Shown in pieces: positions 16,920 through 26,174 of a stretch of 50,797 bases of DNA (within the stretch, counting starts at the first letter, position 1; each line of letters begins with the position of its first letter). Source of the stretch: Chloroflexota bacterium (GTDB taxonomy: Bacteria; Chloroflexota; Dehalococcoidia; E44-bin15); assembly GCA_034189695.1 (NCBI GenBank), contig JAXHUA010000139.1, forward strand, positions 1-50,797, given 5' to 3'. Below the pieces are notes generated by a model. The model did not search any database. It was not told the origin of the DNA and worked only from the letters and a program-made list of their open reading frames with translations. Made by a program: the position numbers and the translations under genes.

Positions 16920-18599
16920 TTAAGTTGGGTGAAACGCTGAGTGAAGGTCCGACGCACCGCCTACCAGAGTCCGGGTATGGGGGTGCACCGGAGCGGTTGT
17001 GAGCACGCTTGCCTGTCCTTCTTCGACTAGCTTTCCGTCGAACATGACGGCAATCCTGTCGCTGACCTTCCTCGCCACGGCTATGTCGTGGGTTATGAAC
17101 AACATGCTCAGGCCTCGCTGCTCCTGGAGACCCAGCATCAGCTTCATTATCTTGGCCTGGAGGCTGGGGTCAAGGAAGGCGGTGGGCTCGTCTGCTATAA
17201 GCAGACGAGGGTCAAGGACGAGGGCGCGGGCTATGGCCACTCGCTGCATCTCACCGCCGCTCAGGTGGTGCGGATACGTGTGCAGGAAGTCCTCATCGGT
17301 CGGCAGTTCCACCTCTCCGATGACTCGAATGGCCTTGCGCTCCCGCTCCTCCTTCGTGCCGATTCCCTGGATATCCAGCGGTTCCCTCACCAACTCCAGC
17401 ACCGACAGTCGGTGGCTCAGCGACTCCCCCGGGTTCTGAAAGACGATCTGGACCTGCCTGTAGAAGTCCCTGTCCCTGACGGCCACCCTCTGTCCCTCAA
17501 GGTACACCTCGCCTCCGTCGGCGGGATGAAGCCCCATGATAGTTTTGGCCAGGGTGGTCTTGCCGGAGCCGCTCTCCCCTACCAGGGCCAGGGTCTCGCC
17601 GCTCTCGATCGATAAGCTGACCCCGTCCACTGCCTTTCTCTGTCCGAAGGACTTACGCAGATTCTCGGTGGCAAGCAGGGTAATGATGCCGCCCCTGTGG
17701 CATGCAACATGCCTCCCTTGGGACGGTGTTAGCACTGGCTGTCGCGTGCTACAGGCCTCTATCGCCTGGGTGCACCGTGGGTGGAAGGGACAGCCAGCGG
17801 TTTCACGGCTCATCTTCCCTTTCACCCCCTGGAGGTCCTTGACCGTGGTCATATTGGGATACGACCTTAGTAGGGCTCGGGTGTAGGGGTGTCTCGGGCG
17901 AGACAGTACGTCTGAGGCCGACCCCATCTCCAGTATCGTCCCGGCATAGAGTACGGCCACCCTGTCAGCCAGCCTGGCGGCTGTGGCGATGTCGTGGGTG
18001 ACCAGAATGTAGGTGTGGTCTCTGGCCATGCTCTTGAGCAGGGCCACAACCTCCGCCCGGGACGTGGCGTCGAGCGAGGATACGGGCTCGTCGAGGATGA
18101 TAATTTCAGGATCGTTGGCCAGGGCCATGGCTATCAGCACCCTCTGCTGCTCCCCGCCGCTCAACTGATGGGGATAGGAATTGTGTTTCTCCCTGGGGAG
18201 GCCGGCGCGGGCCAGCAAGGCCCCAGCCTGCTCTCGTGCGTCGGGCTTGTCCCTCACGCTGTGCTCAACCATTGGCTCTATCACCTGGTCGAGCACCGTG
18301 TGCACCGGGTTCAGAGCGTTGTTCGCATTCTGGAACACCATTGAGACCTTGTTCCACCTGACCTGCTGCATCGAATGCTCGGGGAGCGCGAGTACGTTGA
18401 CGCCGTCGATGAGGACCTCGCCTCTGACTTCCGTTTCCACCAGCCTCATTATGGTCAAACCCAGGGTGGTCTTTCCCGCCCCGGACTCTCCGACTATGGC
18501 CAGGCATTCGCCCTGTTCCACATCGAGGTCTACGCCGTCGAGCACGTGGGTGCTGCCGTAGCTGACCTGGAGATTCCTGACGCTAAGCACTGGCTTCAC
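16920..18599 (-). CDS. Fused double ATPase of a Dpp/Opp/Nik-family ABC importer
   Basis: Two ABC cassettes: Walker A GESGAGKTT and GESGSGKTT, two LSGGEQQRV/LSGGEMQRV signatures, and the C-terminal oligopeptide-ATPase extension (CPFHPRC). Confidence 0.9.
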   Translation of the reverse strand: MKPVLSVRNLQVSYGSTHVLDGVDLDVEQGECLAIVGESGAGKTTLGLTIMRLVETEVRGEVLIDGVNVLALPEHSMQQVRWNKVSMVFQNANNALNPVHTVLDQVIEPMVEHSVRDKPDAREQAGALLARAGLPREKHNSYPHQLSGGEQQRVLIAMALANDPEIIILDEPVSSLDATSRAEVVALLKSMARDHTYILVTHDIATAARLADRVAVLYAGTILEMGSASDVLSRPRHPYTRALLRSYPNMTTVKDLQGVKGKMSRETAGCPFHPRCTQAIEACSTRQPVLTPSQGRHVACHRGGIITLLATENLRKSFGQRKAVDGVSLSIESGETLALVGESGSGKTTLAKTIMGLHPADGGEVYLEGQRVAVRDRDFYRQVQIVFQNPGESLSHRLSVLELVREPLDIQGIGTKEERERKAIRVIGEVELPTDEDFLHTYPHHLSGGEMQRVAIARALVLDPRLLIADEPTAFLDPSLQAKIMKLMLGLQEQRGLSMLFITHDIAVARKVSDRIAVMFDGKLVEEGQASVLTTAPVHPHTRTLVGGASDLHSAFHPT

Positions 18600-19428
18600 C
18601 TCTGAGGCGGGGGTCCATCACCGGCTCCATGGAGTGGCCGATGAAGGTGATGGATACGATAAGCAGGGAAAGCGCGATGCCTGCGGGAAGTAGCCACCAG
18701 GCCCACACGTTGAGGTAGCTGTACTCCATAGCTTCCCGCATTATTACGCCCCAGCTCATGAGGTTGGGGTCGGAGATACCGATGAAGGCCAGCCCAGCCT
18801 CCATGAACACCGCCCTTCTCATGGTGTAGACGAACTCCACCAGCAGGATGGGGCCGAGGTCTGGCACTATGTGGCGGCGCATCAGGTACCGCGTGCCCGC
18901 ACCGAACGACCGTGCGGCGGCCACGTGCAGCTCTTCTTTCAGTGAGAGAGCCTGTGCTCGCACGATGCGAGCGCCGCCCTGCCAGCCGAGCAGAGACAGC
19001 AGGACGATAATGGTCCACATATTGGGCCGCAGGTAAGCGGCCACCAGAATCAAGACGATTATGATGGGGATGACGATGAGAGCGTCGACTACCCTCATGA
19101 CAATGCTGTCATAGACACCGCCTATGAGCGCCGCCGAGGTGCCCACTATGGCCGCCAGCAGTGTGGAAAGGAGGCCAACCGAGATCCCGACGAGCAGCGA
19201 CGTTCTGGCCCCGTACACGAGCTGGCCCCATATGTCTTGCCCCACGTGGTTGGTGCCCAGGGGGTGACTCCAGGATGGGGCCAGGAACGAGTGGACACTC
19301 TGGGCTATGGGGTCGTAGCCGGCAAGCAAGGGGGCGAAGAGGGCCAGCAGCACTATCACGGCGAATGCGGCGATGCCGAATCTTCCCGGGCTGCTGTGAG
19401 TTACTTCCTTCTTGAGATCAACGTGCAT
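18583..19428 (-). CDS. ABC importer permease (DppC/NikC type)
   Basis: Polytopic BPD-type permease. ATG 19428 overlaps the upstream permease stop by 11 nt. Its own stop overlaps the ATPase start. Confidence 0.85.
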   Translation of the reverse strand: MHVDLKKEVTHSSPGRFGIAAFAVIVLLALFAPLLAGYDPIAQSVHSFLAPSWSHPLGTNHVGQDIWGQLVYGARTSLLVGISVGLLSTLLAAIVGTSAALIGGVYDSIVMRVVDALIVIPIIIVLILVAAYLRPNMWTIIVLLSLLGWQGGARIVRAQALSLKEELHVAAARSFGAGTRYLMRRHIVPDLGPILLVEFVYTMRRAVFMEAGLAFIGISDPNLMSWGVIMREAMEYSYLNVWAWWLLPAGIALSLLIVSITFIGHSMEPVMDPRLRGEASA

Positions 19429-20395
19429 AGCTAACCCTCGGGTCCAGTCTGGAATAGGAGAGGTCCACCAGGAAGTTGGCCGCCAGGACAAGCACGGCCA
19501 CCAGGAGAAGGACTCCCTGGATAACGGCGTAGTCGCGGAATAGCAGGGCCTCATAAGTGAGGTAGCCCAGGCCGGGGAAGGAGAAGACTATCTCAACGAA
19601 GAGGGTGCCGGTGACCAGTCTGCCGAGCCAGATGCCGGTCATGGTAACGACCGGCAGCATGGAGTTGCGCCCTGCATGGCGGTACTTGAGAAGCCGCTGG
19701 GAAAGGCCCTTCGCCCTGGCGGTGAGCATGTAGGGCTCCTTGAGCACGGTAATCATTGTGTTCCGGGTGAGCAGGTAGCCGCTGGCCAGATGTGCCAGCG
19801 TAAGCGAGGTCACTGGCAGCGCCAGGTGTTTCAGAACATCCAGCACGAGGGCGCCTCCGGAGAGGCCGGAATAGGGGGTCATCGCGCCGGCGAGGGGCAG
19901 AACACCCAGGATTACACCGAAGACGAGGAGCAGGACGATTCCTACGAAGAAGTCGGGGAAGCCGTTGAGAGCCATGAGCCCGGCGAGCATACTCCGGTCG
20001 GTCCTGGTGCCGCGACGCCAGCCCGATTCGATGCCGAGCACCACGCCGAGCACCGTAGACAGGGCCAAAGACAGACCCACGAGCAGCAGGGTCCATGGAA
20101 GCCGGCCCAGAATCACCTGGAACACTGGAGCGTTGTAGTAGTAGGAATAGCCCAGGTCACCGCGGAAAAGGGCGGCGAAGTAGGCTCCCAGTTGCTGCCA
20201 CAACGTCTGGTCCAGCGAGAAGCGGTGCACCAGCTCCGCCTGTAGTTGCGGAGACATCTGCACCAGCGCTTCCCTGCCGTAGATGGTCATGAGCGGGTCG
20301 CCCGGCATCAGGCGGGGGAGAATGAAGTTCAGCGACAGGATGAGCAGCAGCGCGATGGCGTACGTCAACGCGTTGCGCTTGCTCAGCATACGCAT
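19418..20395 (-). CDS. ABC importer permease (DppB/NikB type)
   Basis: N-terminus LNFILPRLMPGDPL typical of DppB/OppB/NikB, EAA-loop region TARAKGLS. Start ATG 20395 follows GGAG. Confidence 0.85.
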   Translation of the reverse strand: MRMLSKRNALTYAIALLLILSLNFILPRLMPGDPLMTIYGREALVQMSPQLQAELVHRFSLDQTLWQQLGAYFAALFRGDLGYSYYYNAPVFQVILGRLPWTLLLVGLSLALSTVLGVVLGIESGWRRGTRTDRSMLAGLMALNGFPDFFVGIVLLLVFGVILGVLPLAGAMTPYSGLSGGALVLDVLKHLALPVTSLTLAHLASGYLLTRNTMITVLKEPYMLTARAKGLSQRLLKYRHAGRNSMLPVVTMTGIWLGRLVTGTLFVEIVFSFPGLGYLTYEALLFRDYAVIQGVLLLVAVLVLAANFLVDLSYSRLDPRVSYAR

Positions 20396-20414
20396 CTCAG
20401 TCTCCGTCCGTGCA

Positions 20415-20996
20415 TCATTCCTTGCCGTGCGCCGGGCCTGAGCGTGGCGGTCTGCCACCGAGTCCGCGCTGGACCTGTGCCATCCACTCAGAAACCTGCA
20501 CGTCTCGGACCCTGTAGTAGTACGGGGTGTAGGGCTTTATGTCTATCACAGGGCTGCCATCAACGGCCTCAAGCCCCTCCACCACCAGCACATTGCCTCT
20601 GCGCTCGAGAAGGCGGACCACGGTCACGGAAATCGGGTTGGGCCTGGCCGGGCTGCAAGTGGCGAAGATGCCGGTCAGAGGCAGGTCCTTTCTTCCCATT
20701 GGATGTACCTTCGTCATCGACCGGGCCTGCTGCGGGACCAGGTGGGCCCAGTAGAGCACCAGAAGGTGGGAGAAACCGTCAATGCCGTCGAGGATGCCCG
20801 TCAGGTCGTCATCGACCACGAGCTCGGCGATGGCATCGCGTTCCTCCCGGGCCCTCTCCGCGCCGGCCCCCCAGTGCAGGTCGCCCCGCTTCGGGACAAG
20901 GCTCGGCTGCTTCAGGACGCTGCGGACAATCCCGACAGGCCTCAGTCGTATGTCCGGGGCGCTGGCGCTTCTCTCAGACTCACTCGTGTGTTCCAT
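20415..20996 (-). CDS. TrmO/TsaA (YaeB, UPF0066) family SAM-binding protein
   Basis: LRPVGIVRS..., SHLLVLYWAH, RPNPISVTVVRLL and LEAVDGSPVIDIKPY match the TrmO-family beta-barrel signature. Packed 12 nt after the SBP stop and 19 nt before the permease start. Confidence 0.75.
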   Translation of the reverse strand: MEHTSESERSASAPDIRLRPVGIVRSVLKQPSLVPKRGDLHWGAGAERAREERDAIAELVVDDDLTGILDGIDGFSHLLVLYWAHLVPQQARSMTKVHPMGRKDLPLTGIFATCSPARPNPISVTVVRLLERRGNVLVVEGLEAVDGSPVIDIKPYTPYYYRVRDVQVSEWMAQVQRGLGGRPPRSGPAHGKE

Positions 20997-21008
20997 CGTC
21001 TCTGCACG

Positions 21009-22601
21009 CTAGGAGCCATCCGGTGCGAGGAAGGCCACCTTGTTCAAGGGAATGGGTATGCCCGATGCGACGCCGCCCTCCGTGTAGAAGAGCTCCACTG
21101 TGCCGTCACGGGCCCAGTACCAGTCGGGGTAATAGAGCGTTAGCGCTGGGACTTCCTCAGCGTAGACTGCCTGGATCTCCTGGACTATCTGCAACCTCTG
21201 TTCGGGGTCCATCTCGTGGGCCTGGTCTTCGAGAAGCTGGTTCAGTGTCTCATTCTCGGTGTAGCGAGCGCTGTTGAACCCATCCGCCGTTATCACCCGG
21301 GGCAGTATGGACGGCTCATAGAGACCGCCATGTCCATATATCGCCAGGTCGAAGTCCCAGGCGTCGACTCTGGCATCAAGCGTCGCCCCTTCCAGCGTGA
21401 CAAGGTTCACCTTCAGGCCGAGGTCCTCCAGCTCCTGTTGAACGAACTGGCCGACCTCCTTGAAGCCGTACGCGGTCTGGCTGAGTATCACCACCTCCAG
21501 CGGTGTCCCGTCCTTGCTGAGATAGCCGTTCTCCAGCTCGTATCCCAGCGATGCAAGCAGTTGCTGCGCCGTTGCCGGATCGTACTCATACATCTCGATG
21601 TCCGGGTTGTACCACTGGTTGTCGGGCGGCAGCAGGCCGGGACTTCCCGCTATGCCGTAGCCACGCTGGGTGATGTCGACGAGTTCCTCCCTATCGATGG
21701 CGTAGGCGAGAGCCTGCCGGAACTCCCTGGAGGAGAATGGCTCCCTGGTGTGGTTGATGAGCAGCTTGGCGTTCCACGAGTAGGATGAACGCAGAATGGT
21801 GAAGCCGTCAGCTTGCAGCGTGTCGACCAACTCCGCCGGGATATCGGCTGCGCTGGCGCTGCCCTGCTGCAACGCCGTGGGCGCCATCTCCTCGCTCACC
21901 TTGTCGAATATGATGGAGGCGACCGCTGGTTCGCCCTGATAGTAGTCTTCGTACGCCTTGTAGAGGTATGTCCCGTGCTCCTTGCTGTAGTCGGCCAGCG
22001 TGAAGGGCCCGGTGCCGATCACCGCTTGCGGCTCGGTGAAGGTAGCGGGGTCGTCCACGGATTCCCACACATGCCGTGGGAGGATGACCATGGTCCCGGC
22101 CACGTCGGTCAGGAACGGAGCATAGGGCTGCTCCAGGTAGAGCTTGATTGAATAGTCGTCGATAACCTCCACTTCACTCACGCCGGTCGGCCCGATGAGT
22201 GTGACGAAGGGCAGGGGATGCGCCTTGACGTATTCAATGGTGAAGGCCACGTCGTCCGCATCGAAAGCCTCGCCATCGTGCCAGGTCACTCCCTCACGCA
22301 ACTGGAAGAGGTACGCCGTGTCGGCGTCGATGTACTGCCAGCTTTCGGCAAGCGCCGGGATGAACCCGTCCTCGTCCTTCCAGACGAGGGTGTCGAAGAT
22401 AAGGCTCATTCGAATGTAACCGGGTCCCCTGGAGTAGTGGGCATAGGGCGAAGGGTAGCCCCAGTCGCCGGTGGGGTCGGTAACGGTGTAGGTCACTTCC
22501 CCCGAAGACCCGGGTGAACAGGCCGCCGACGCCAGCAGCAGGGCTGGCAGAGTGACCAGGACCGCCAGGACGAGCACGAACCGTCTGGCTCCATCGCTCA
22601 T
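21009..22601 (-). CDS. ABC importer substrate-binding lipoprotein, family 5 (NikA/DppA/OppA type)
   Basis: Signal peptide with lipobox LLASAACS. About 530-aa family-5 SBP body. ATG 22601 follows GAGGAGGA. Confidence 0.85.
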   Translation of the reverse strand: MSDGARRFVLVLAVLVTLPALLLASAACSPGSSGEVTYTVTDPTGDWGYPSPYAHYSRGPGYIRMSLIFDTLVWKDEDGFIPALAESWQYIDADTAYLFQLREGVTWHDGEAFDADDVAFTIEYVKAHPLPFVTLIGPTGVSEVEVIDDYSIKLYLEQPYAPFLTDVAGTMVILPRHVWESVDDPATFTEPQAVIGTGPFTLADYSKEHGTYLYKAYEDYYQGEPAVASIIFDKVSEEMAPTALQQGSASAADIPAELVDTLQADGFTILRSSYSWNAKLLINHTREPFSSREFRQALAYAIDREELVDITQRGYGIAGSPGLLPPDNQWYNPDIEMYEYDPATAQQLLASLGYELENGYLSKDGTPLEVVILSQTAYGFKEVGQFVQQELEDLGLKVNLVTLEGATLDARVDAWDFDLAIYGHGGLYEPSILPRVITADGFNSARYTENETLNQLLEDQAHEMDPEQRLQIVQEIQAVYAEEVPALTLYYPDWYWARDGTVELFYTEGGVASGIPIPLNKVAFLAPDGS

Positions 22602-22678
22602 GTTGCTGCATCCTCCTCGACCAGATTCATTCACGTGTACAGGCATTGAGCCGCCGCCGTTCCGGGACGGCGCGCCAG

Positions 22679-22705
22679 TTGCTTTCGCTAGCAATTGCAA
22701 ATATT
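22679..22705 (-). promoter_or_regulatory. AT-rich TTGC/GCAA palindromic patch between the fur-family gene and the SBP gene (candidate operator)
   Basis: TTGCTTTCGCTAGCAATTGCAAATATT contains GCAATTGC and TTGCAA palindromes, in the only AT-rich stretch of this intergenic region. Confidence 0.3.
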
Positions 22706-22729
22706 CGCGTTAACAGGCAAAAAGAGAGA

Positions 22730-23152
22730 CTAACCGGCGCATTCGTCGCAGACGCCGAAGACGGCCACATGCTCGAACTCGGCCTGGAAGCGGTACCTGT
22801 CGCTCAGGTCCTTGCGCAGGCGCTCGAAGGCTGACCCGTCGATGTCCTGGATCTTGCCACAGTTGCGGCAGACCAGATGATGGTGATGCGCCTTTCCAGC
22901 AGGGTGGTACACCAGGCGCCCGCCGCCGAGGTTGGTCTCGGCAACCAGGCCAAGCTCCTTCAACAGCTCAAGCGTGCGGTAGATGGTCGATATGTTGATG
23001 TAGGGATACCTGGCCAGCGCCTGGCGGTGGATCTCCTCGGCGCTGATGTGGTCGTCGCTGGTCTCAACAGCGTCCAGGACAATCATTCGCTGCGGAGTGA
23101 GGCGATAGCCTTTCTCGCGCAGGGCCTCTGACAAGCTCTTTCCACGTCTCAT
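22730..23152 (-). CDS. Fur family transcriptional regulator (Nur/Zur/PerR-like)
   Basis: LTPQRMIVLDAV wHTH, HHHHLVCRNCGK and CDEC (CxxC...CxxC structural Zn site). Start ATG 23152 (MRRGKS). Confidence 0.85.
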   Translation of the reverse strand: MRRGKSLSEALREKGYRLTPQRMIVLDAVETSDDHISAEEIHRQALARYPYINISTIYRTLELLKELGLVAETNLGGGRLVYHPAGKAHHHHLVCRNCGKIQDIDGSAFERLRKDLSDRYRFQAEFEHVAVFGVCDECAG

Positions 23153-23191
23153 CGCTCTGCCGCTACAGTCTACCACAGGCCGGCGGCATGG

Positions 23192-23205
23192 TGCAATAGG
23201 TTGCA
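23192..23205. promoter_or_regulatory. Inverted repeat TGCAA-N4-TTGCA upstream of the fur-family gene (candidate autoregulatory operator)
   Basis: A perfect 5-bp inverted repeat about 40 nt upstream of the regulator start. Another TTGCA lies at 23233-23237. Confidence 0.3.
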
Positions 23206-23354
23206 TCGGCATTCGGTACCAGTAGCGGCATGTTGCAGTCCGCCCATCGGGCTGCGCCTGGTCACGTTTCGGTGCCACGTGTAGCGGAGTGTCACTGCCG
23301 TCGCCCCCGGGCTCGCCTAGTCGCCGCAGCGCGCGTGCTTAGCTATGGCGGGAC

Positions 23355-23384
23355 TTGACATTTCACGTATGGAGCAATTATAGT
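23355..23384 (+). promoter_or_regulatory. Candidate strong promoter of the DUF5679 gene
   Basis: TTGACA-N18-TATAGT, followed by AAAGGAGGTGA RBS and ATG 23412. Confidence 0.5.
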
Positions 23385-23411
23385 CAACTAGCTTGAAAGG
23401 AGGTGATAGGG

Positions 23412-23555
23412 ATGGCGGAGGCCTACTGCTTCAAGTGCAGAGCCAAGAAGGAGATCAAGAATCCCGAGAAGGTCACCTTGAAGAACGGAAGGCCGGCCAT
23501 TCGAGGTGTGTGCCCCACGTGCGGGACCAAGGTGTTTCGCATTGGGAAGAGCTGA
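23412..23555 (+). CDS. Small zinc-ribbon protein (DUF5679-like)
   Basis: 47 aa, below the ORF-track cutoff: MAEAYCFKCRAKKEIKNPEKVTLKNGRPAIRGVCPTCGTKVFRIGKS, with CxxC...CxxC. Excellent RBS and promoter. Confidence 0.65.
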   Translation: MAEAYCFKCRAKKEIKNPEKVTLKNGRPAIRGVCPTCGTKVFRIGKS

Positions 23556-23596
23556 CCCGTACAGCACGTGGGCGTGACCAAGCTGCCGGGCGAGCC

Positions 23597-24268
23597 TCAT
23601 CCTTGTTTCGGCAAGGGGAGCGTTGAGAGCAGGGCACAGGCGTTGGAGGTGAGAACCTCAGCGCACTCTTCCTCGTTTAGTCCGGCGCCTTGTACGATTC
23701 GGTGGGCAAGACTCGGGGAAAGCAAGTCTGACGGCTCGTGGGCATCCGAATTGAGGAGTAGACGGGCGCCCGTGAGCCTCGCCACACGGGAAACGTGACC
23801 GTTGGTAAGTGAGTGGCCCTTCCTGCCGCTGAGTTCGAGGTAGACACCGTTCTTGGCAGCAAGCTGGGCTTCCTCGATAGTAATCAGACCAGGATGTGCC
23901 AGAATATCGACACAGGAGCTTTGAAGCGCGGCGAGATTGGTGCCTTCCTCGACTGGCTCAACGATGGTCTCGCCGTGTACGATAACCAACCAGGCCCCCA
24001 ATTCCTTGGCACGACGCGCTGCCTCGTCTATGGCTGCTGGAGGGACGTGGGTGAGTTCCACCCCTGGTGCGACGATTATGTCCCAATGCTTCCTGGCAAG
24101 TGCGCAGTCTTCCGCAACCTCCGAAATCACCCGTTCCAGAGAGCCTACGCCGGCATGGTCGGTGATTCCAAGAGCCTTGTAGCCCCTCGTGCTGGCTCGC
24201 CTGATCAGTTCTATTGGTGTCAGAGAACCGTCGCTCAGCGTGGTGTGAGTGTGGAAATCATAGACCAA
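23597..24268 (-). CDS. PHP-domain metal-dependent phosphoesterase (histidinol-phosphatase-like)
   Basis: VYDFHTHTTLSDG...GITDH...VHGE...ILAHPG...NSDAH PHP motifs. TTG 24268 lies 6 nt after GGAGG. The longer ORF would overlap ino1. Confidence 0.75.
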   Translation of the reverse strand: MVYDFHTHTTLSDGSLTPIELIRRASTRGYKALGITDHAGVGSLERVISEVAEDCALARKHWDIIVAPGVELTHVPPAAIDEAARRAKELGAWLVIVHGETIVEPVEEGTNLAALQSSCVDILAHPGLITIEEAQLAAKNGVYLELSGRKGHSLTNGHVSRVARLTGARLLLNSDAHEPSDLLSPSLAHRIVQGAGLNEEECAEVLTSNACALLSTLPLPKQG

Positions 24269-24316
24269 GAACCACCTCCCTCGTAGGGTGCGTTCATTGT
24301 AGAACAGGAGATAGAT

Positions 24317-25390
24317 TTGGGCAACATAAACGTAGCCATACTTGGCGTTGGGAACTGCGCGTCGTCGCTGGTCCAGGGTGTCCAATACTACGGTGAGGCC
24401 AAGGAGGGCGAGTTCATTCCAGGTCTGATGCACGTCGACCTCGGCGGCTACCATGTCCGAGACATCAAATTCGTTGCGGCATTTGACGTCGATCGCAAGA
24501 AGGTGGGCAAGGACCTGAGTGAGGCGATATTCACGTCGCCGAACAACACCTACCGGTTCTGCGACGTACCGACCTGCGGAGTGAAGGTGTCACGGGGTAT
24601 GACTCACGACGGGCTGGGCAAGTACCTGTCGGAAATAATCACCAAAGCCCCCGGGCCTACGGATGATATCGTCAGCATACTCAAGGAGACGGGCACTGAC
24701 ATCGTTGTCAATTACCTTCCCGTAGGTAGCGAGGAAGCGACCAAGTGGTACATCGAGCAGGTGCTGGCCGCTGGATGCGCTTTCGTGAACTGCATTCCTG
24801 TCTTCATTGCCCGGGAGAAATACTGGCAGAAACGGTTCGCTGAGAAGGGGCTGCCGGTAGTGGGCGATGACATCAAAAGCCAGGTCGGAGCCACCATTGT
24901 ACATCGAGTCCTGACGCGCCTGTTTCGAGAGCGAGGCGTCAAGCTGGAACGGACCTTCCAGTTGAATTTCGGGGGAAACACGGACTTCCTCAACATGCTT
25001 GAGCGCGAGAGACTGGAGTCCAAGAAGATATCCAAGACCGATTCAGTCACGTCACAGCTCGACTACGACATAGGGCGTGACAATATTCACGTGGGCCCCA
25101 GCGACTATGTCACTTGGCTGAGCGACCGTAAGTGGTGCTACATTCGAATGGAGGGGCGGACCTTCGGCGACGTTCCACTCAACATCGAAGCCAAACTGGA
25201 GGTGTGGGACAGCCCCAATTCCGCGGGGGTGGTTGTAGACGCCATAAGGTGCTGCAAACTCGCCATGGACCGTGGTATGAGCGGGGCACTCGTGGGCCCA
25301 TCGGCATATTTCATGAAGTCTCCTCCTGTCCAATACAAGGACGATGACGCGCGCAGGATGGTGGAGGAGTTTATTGCGGCGGAAAGCTGA
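24317..25390 (+). CDS. ino1: myo-Inositol-1-phosphate synthase
   Basis: [23 protein letters not shown]-terminus (NAD site). About 357 aa, bacterial/archaeal MIPS type, with [10 protein letters not shown] and SDRKW blocks. TTG start after AGGAG. Confidence 0.9.
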   Translation: MGNINVAILGVGNCASSLVQGVQYYGEAKEGEFIPGLMHVDLGGYHVRDIKFVAAFDVDRKKVGKDLSEAIFTSPNNTYRFCDVPTCGVKVSRGMTHDGLGKYLSEIITKAPGPTDDIVSILKETGTDIVVNYLPVGSEEATKWYIEQVLAAGCAFVNCIPVFIAREKYWQKRFAEKGLPVVGDDIKSQVGATIVHRVLTRLFRERGVKLERTFQLNFGGNTDFLNMLERERLESKKISKTDSVTSQLDYDIGRDNIHVGPSDYVTWLSDRKWCYIRMEGRTFGDVPLNIEAKLEVWDSPNSAGVVVDAIRCCKLAMDRGMSGALVGPSAYFMKSPPVQYKDDDARRMVEEFIAAES

Positions 25391-26174
25391 GCAAGAGGGT
25401 GCTTCGCCTGATTCACGATACGGCCTGGCCGACGTCCACATCCACAGCAGCGTGAGCGACGGCATGGCGGACATACCGGAGATCGTGGCGTACGTTGAAG
25501 AGAAGACAGATCTCGACGTGATTGCGATAACCGATCATGACGAGATCAGTGGCAGCTATCAGGCGCGTGAGCTGGTGGCACAACGCGGGTACCGTTTCGA
25601 GGTGGTGATCGGCTCGGAGGTTACCACGCTCGATGGACATCTCCTTGCTCTGTTCATAGAGAAACCTGTTCCCCCTCACCAGACATTGGAGAGAACCATC
25701 GATGCAATCCACGAGCAGGGGGGCCTGTGTATCGTGCCCCATCCCATGTGCTGGCTCACCGAGAGCGTGAGCAAGCGCACGTTGGGGAGAGTGATGAACG
25801 GCACTGGTGCCAGAGTCTATCTGGACGGCATCGAGACCATCAACGCCACCATTGTGGGACGTATCTCCAACAAGAGGGCCAGGAGGTTCAACGGGAAGCA
25901 TGGGTTCGCCGAGACAGGGGGCAGTGACGCTCATTTTTTGAGGGCGGTGGGCAGCGCTTTTACTCTCTTCCGGGGGAGGACTGGTGAGGACTTGAGAAGA
26001 AGCCTCCTTGAGCGGACGACCGTAGCCCGGAACGGCAGGCCGGTGAAGCCGTCCGAGATTGGTCTGACGCAAATCATCAAGCAGCAGATAAAGAGCAAGG
26101 GGCTCTCTCTCCATGGGATGCTGGGAAACCTCAGGGAGAACTTCTATGAAGATCGCCCTCATTTCCCCATATGA
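25344..26174 (+). CDS. PHP-domain phosphoesterase (COG0613/TrpH-like)
   Basis: [12 protein letters not shown]...AITDHD...GSEVTT...VPHP...GGSDAH motifs. The only in-frame canonical start keeping the HxH motif is ATG 25344, which overlaps ino1 by 47 nt. The start is uncertain. Confidence 0.7.
   Translation: MTRAGWWRSLLRRKAEQEGASPDSRYGLADVHIHSSVSDGMADIPEIVAYVEEKTDLDVIAITDHDEISGSYQARELVAQRGYRFEVVIGSEVTTLDGHLLALFIEKPVPPHQTLERTIDAIHEQGGLCIVPHPMCWLTESVSKRTLGRVMNGTGARVYLDGIETINATIVGRISNKRARRFNGKHGFAETGGSDAHFLRAVGSAFTLFRGRTGEDLRRSLLERTTVARNGRPVKPSEIGLTQIIKQQIKSKGLSLHGMLGNLRENFYEDRPHFPI

Noticed and set aside
20246-21277. 343-aa plus-strand ORF opposite the TrmO-like and SBP genes, and similar antisense ORFs at 34981-36012, 45979-46881, 16116-16940, 6493-7509 and 1184-1963
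   Set aside because: All are Arg/Pro/Gly-rich translations lying antisense to genes with strong family signatures. None has a start context. These are shadow ORFs.
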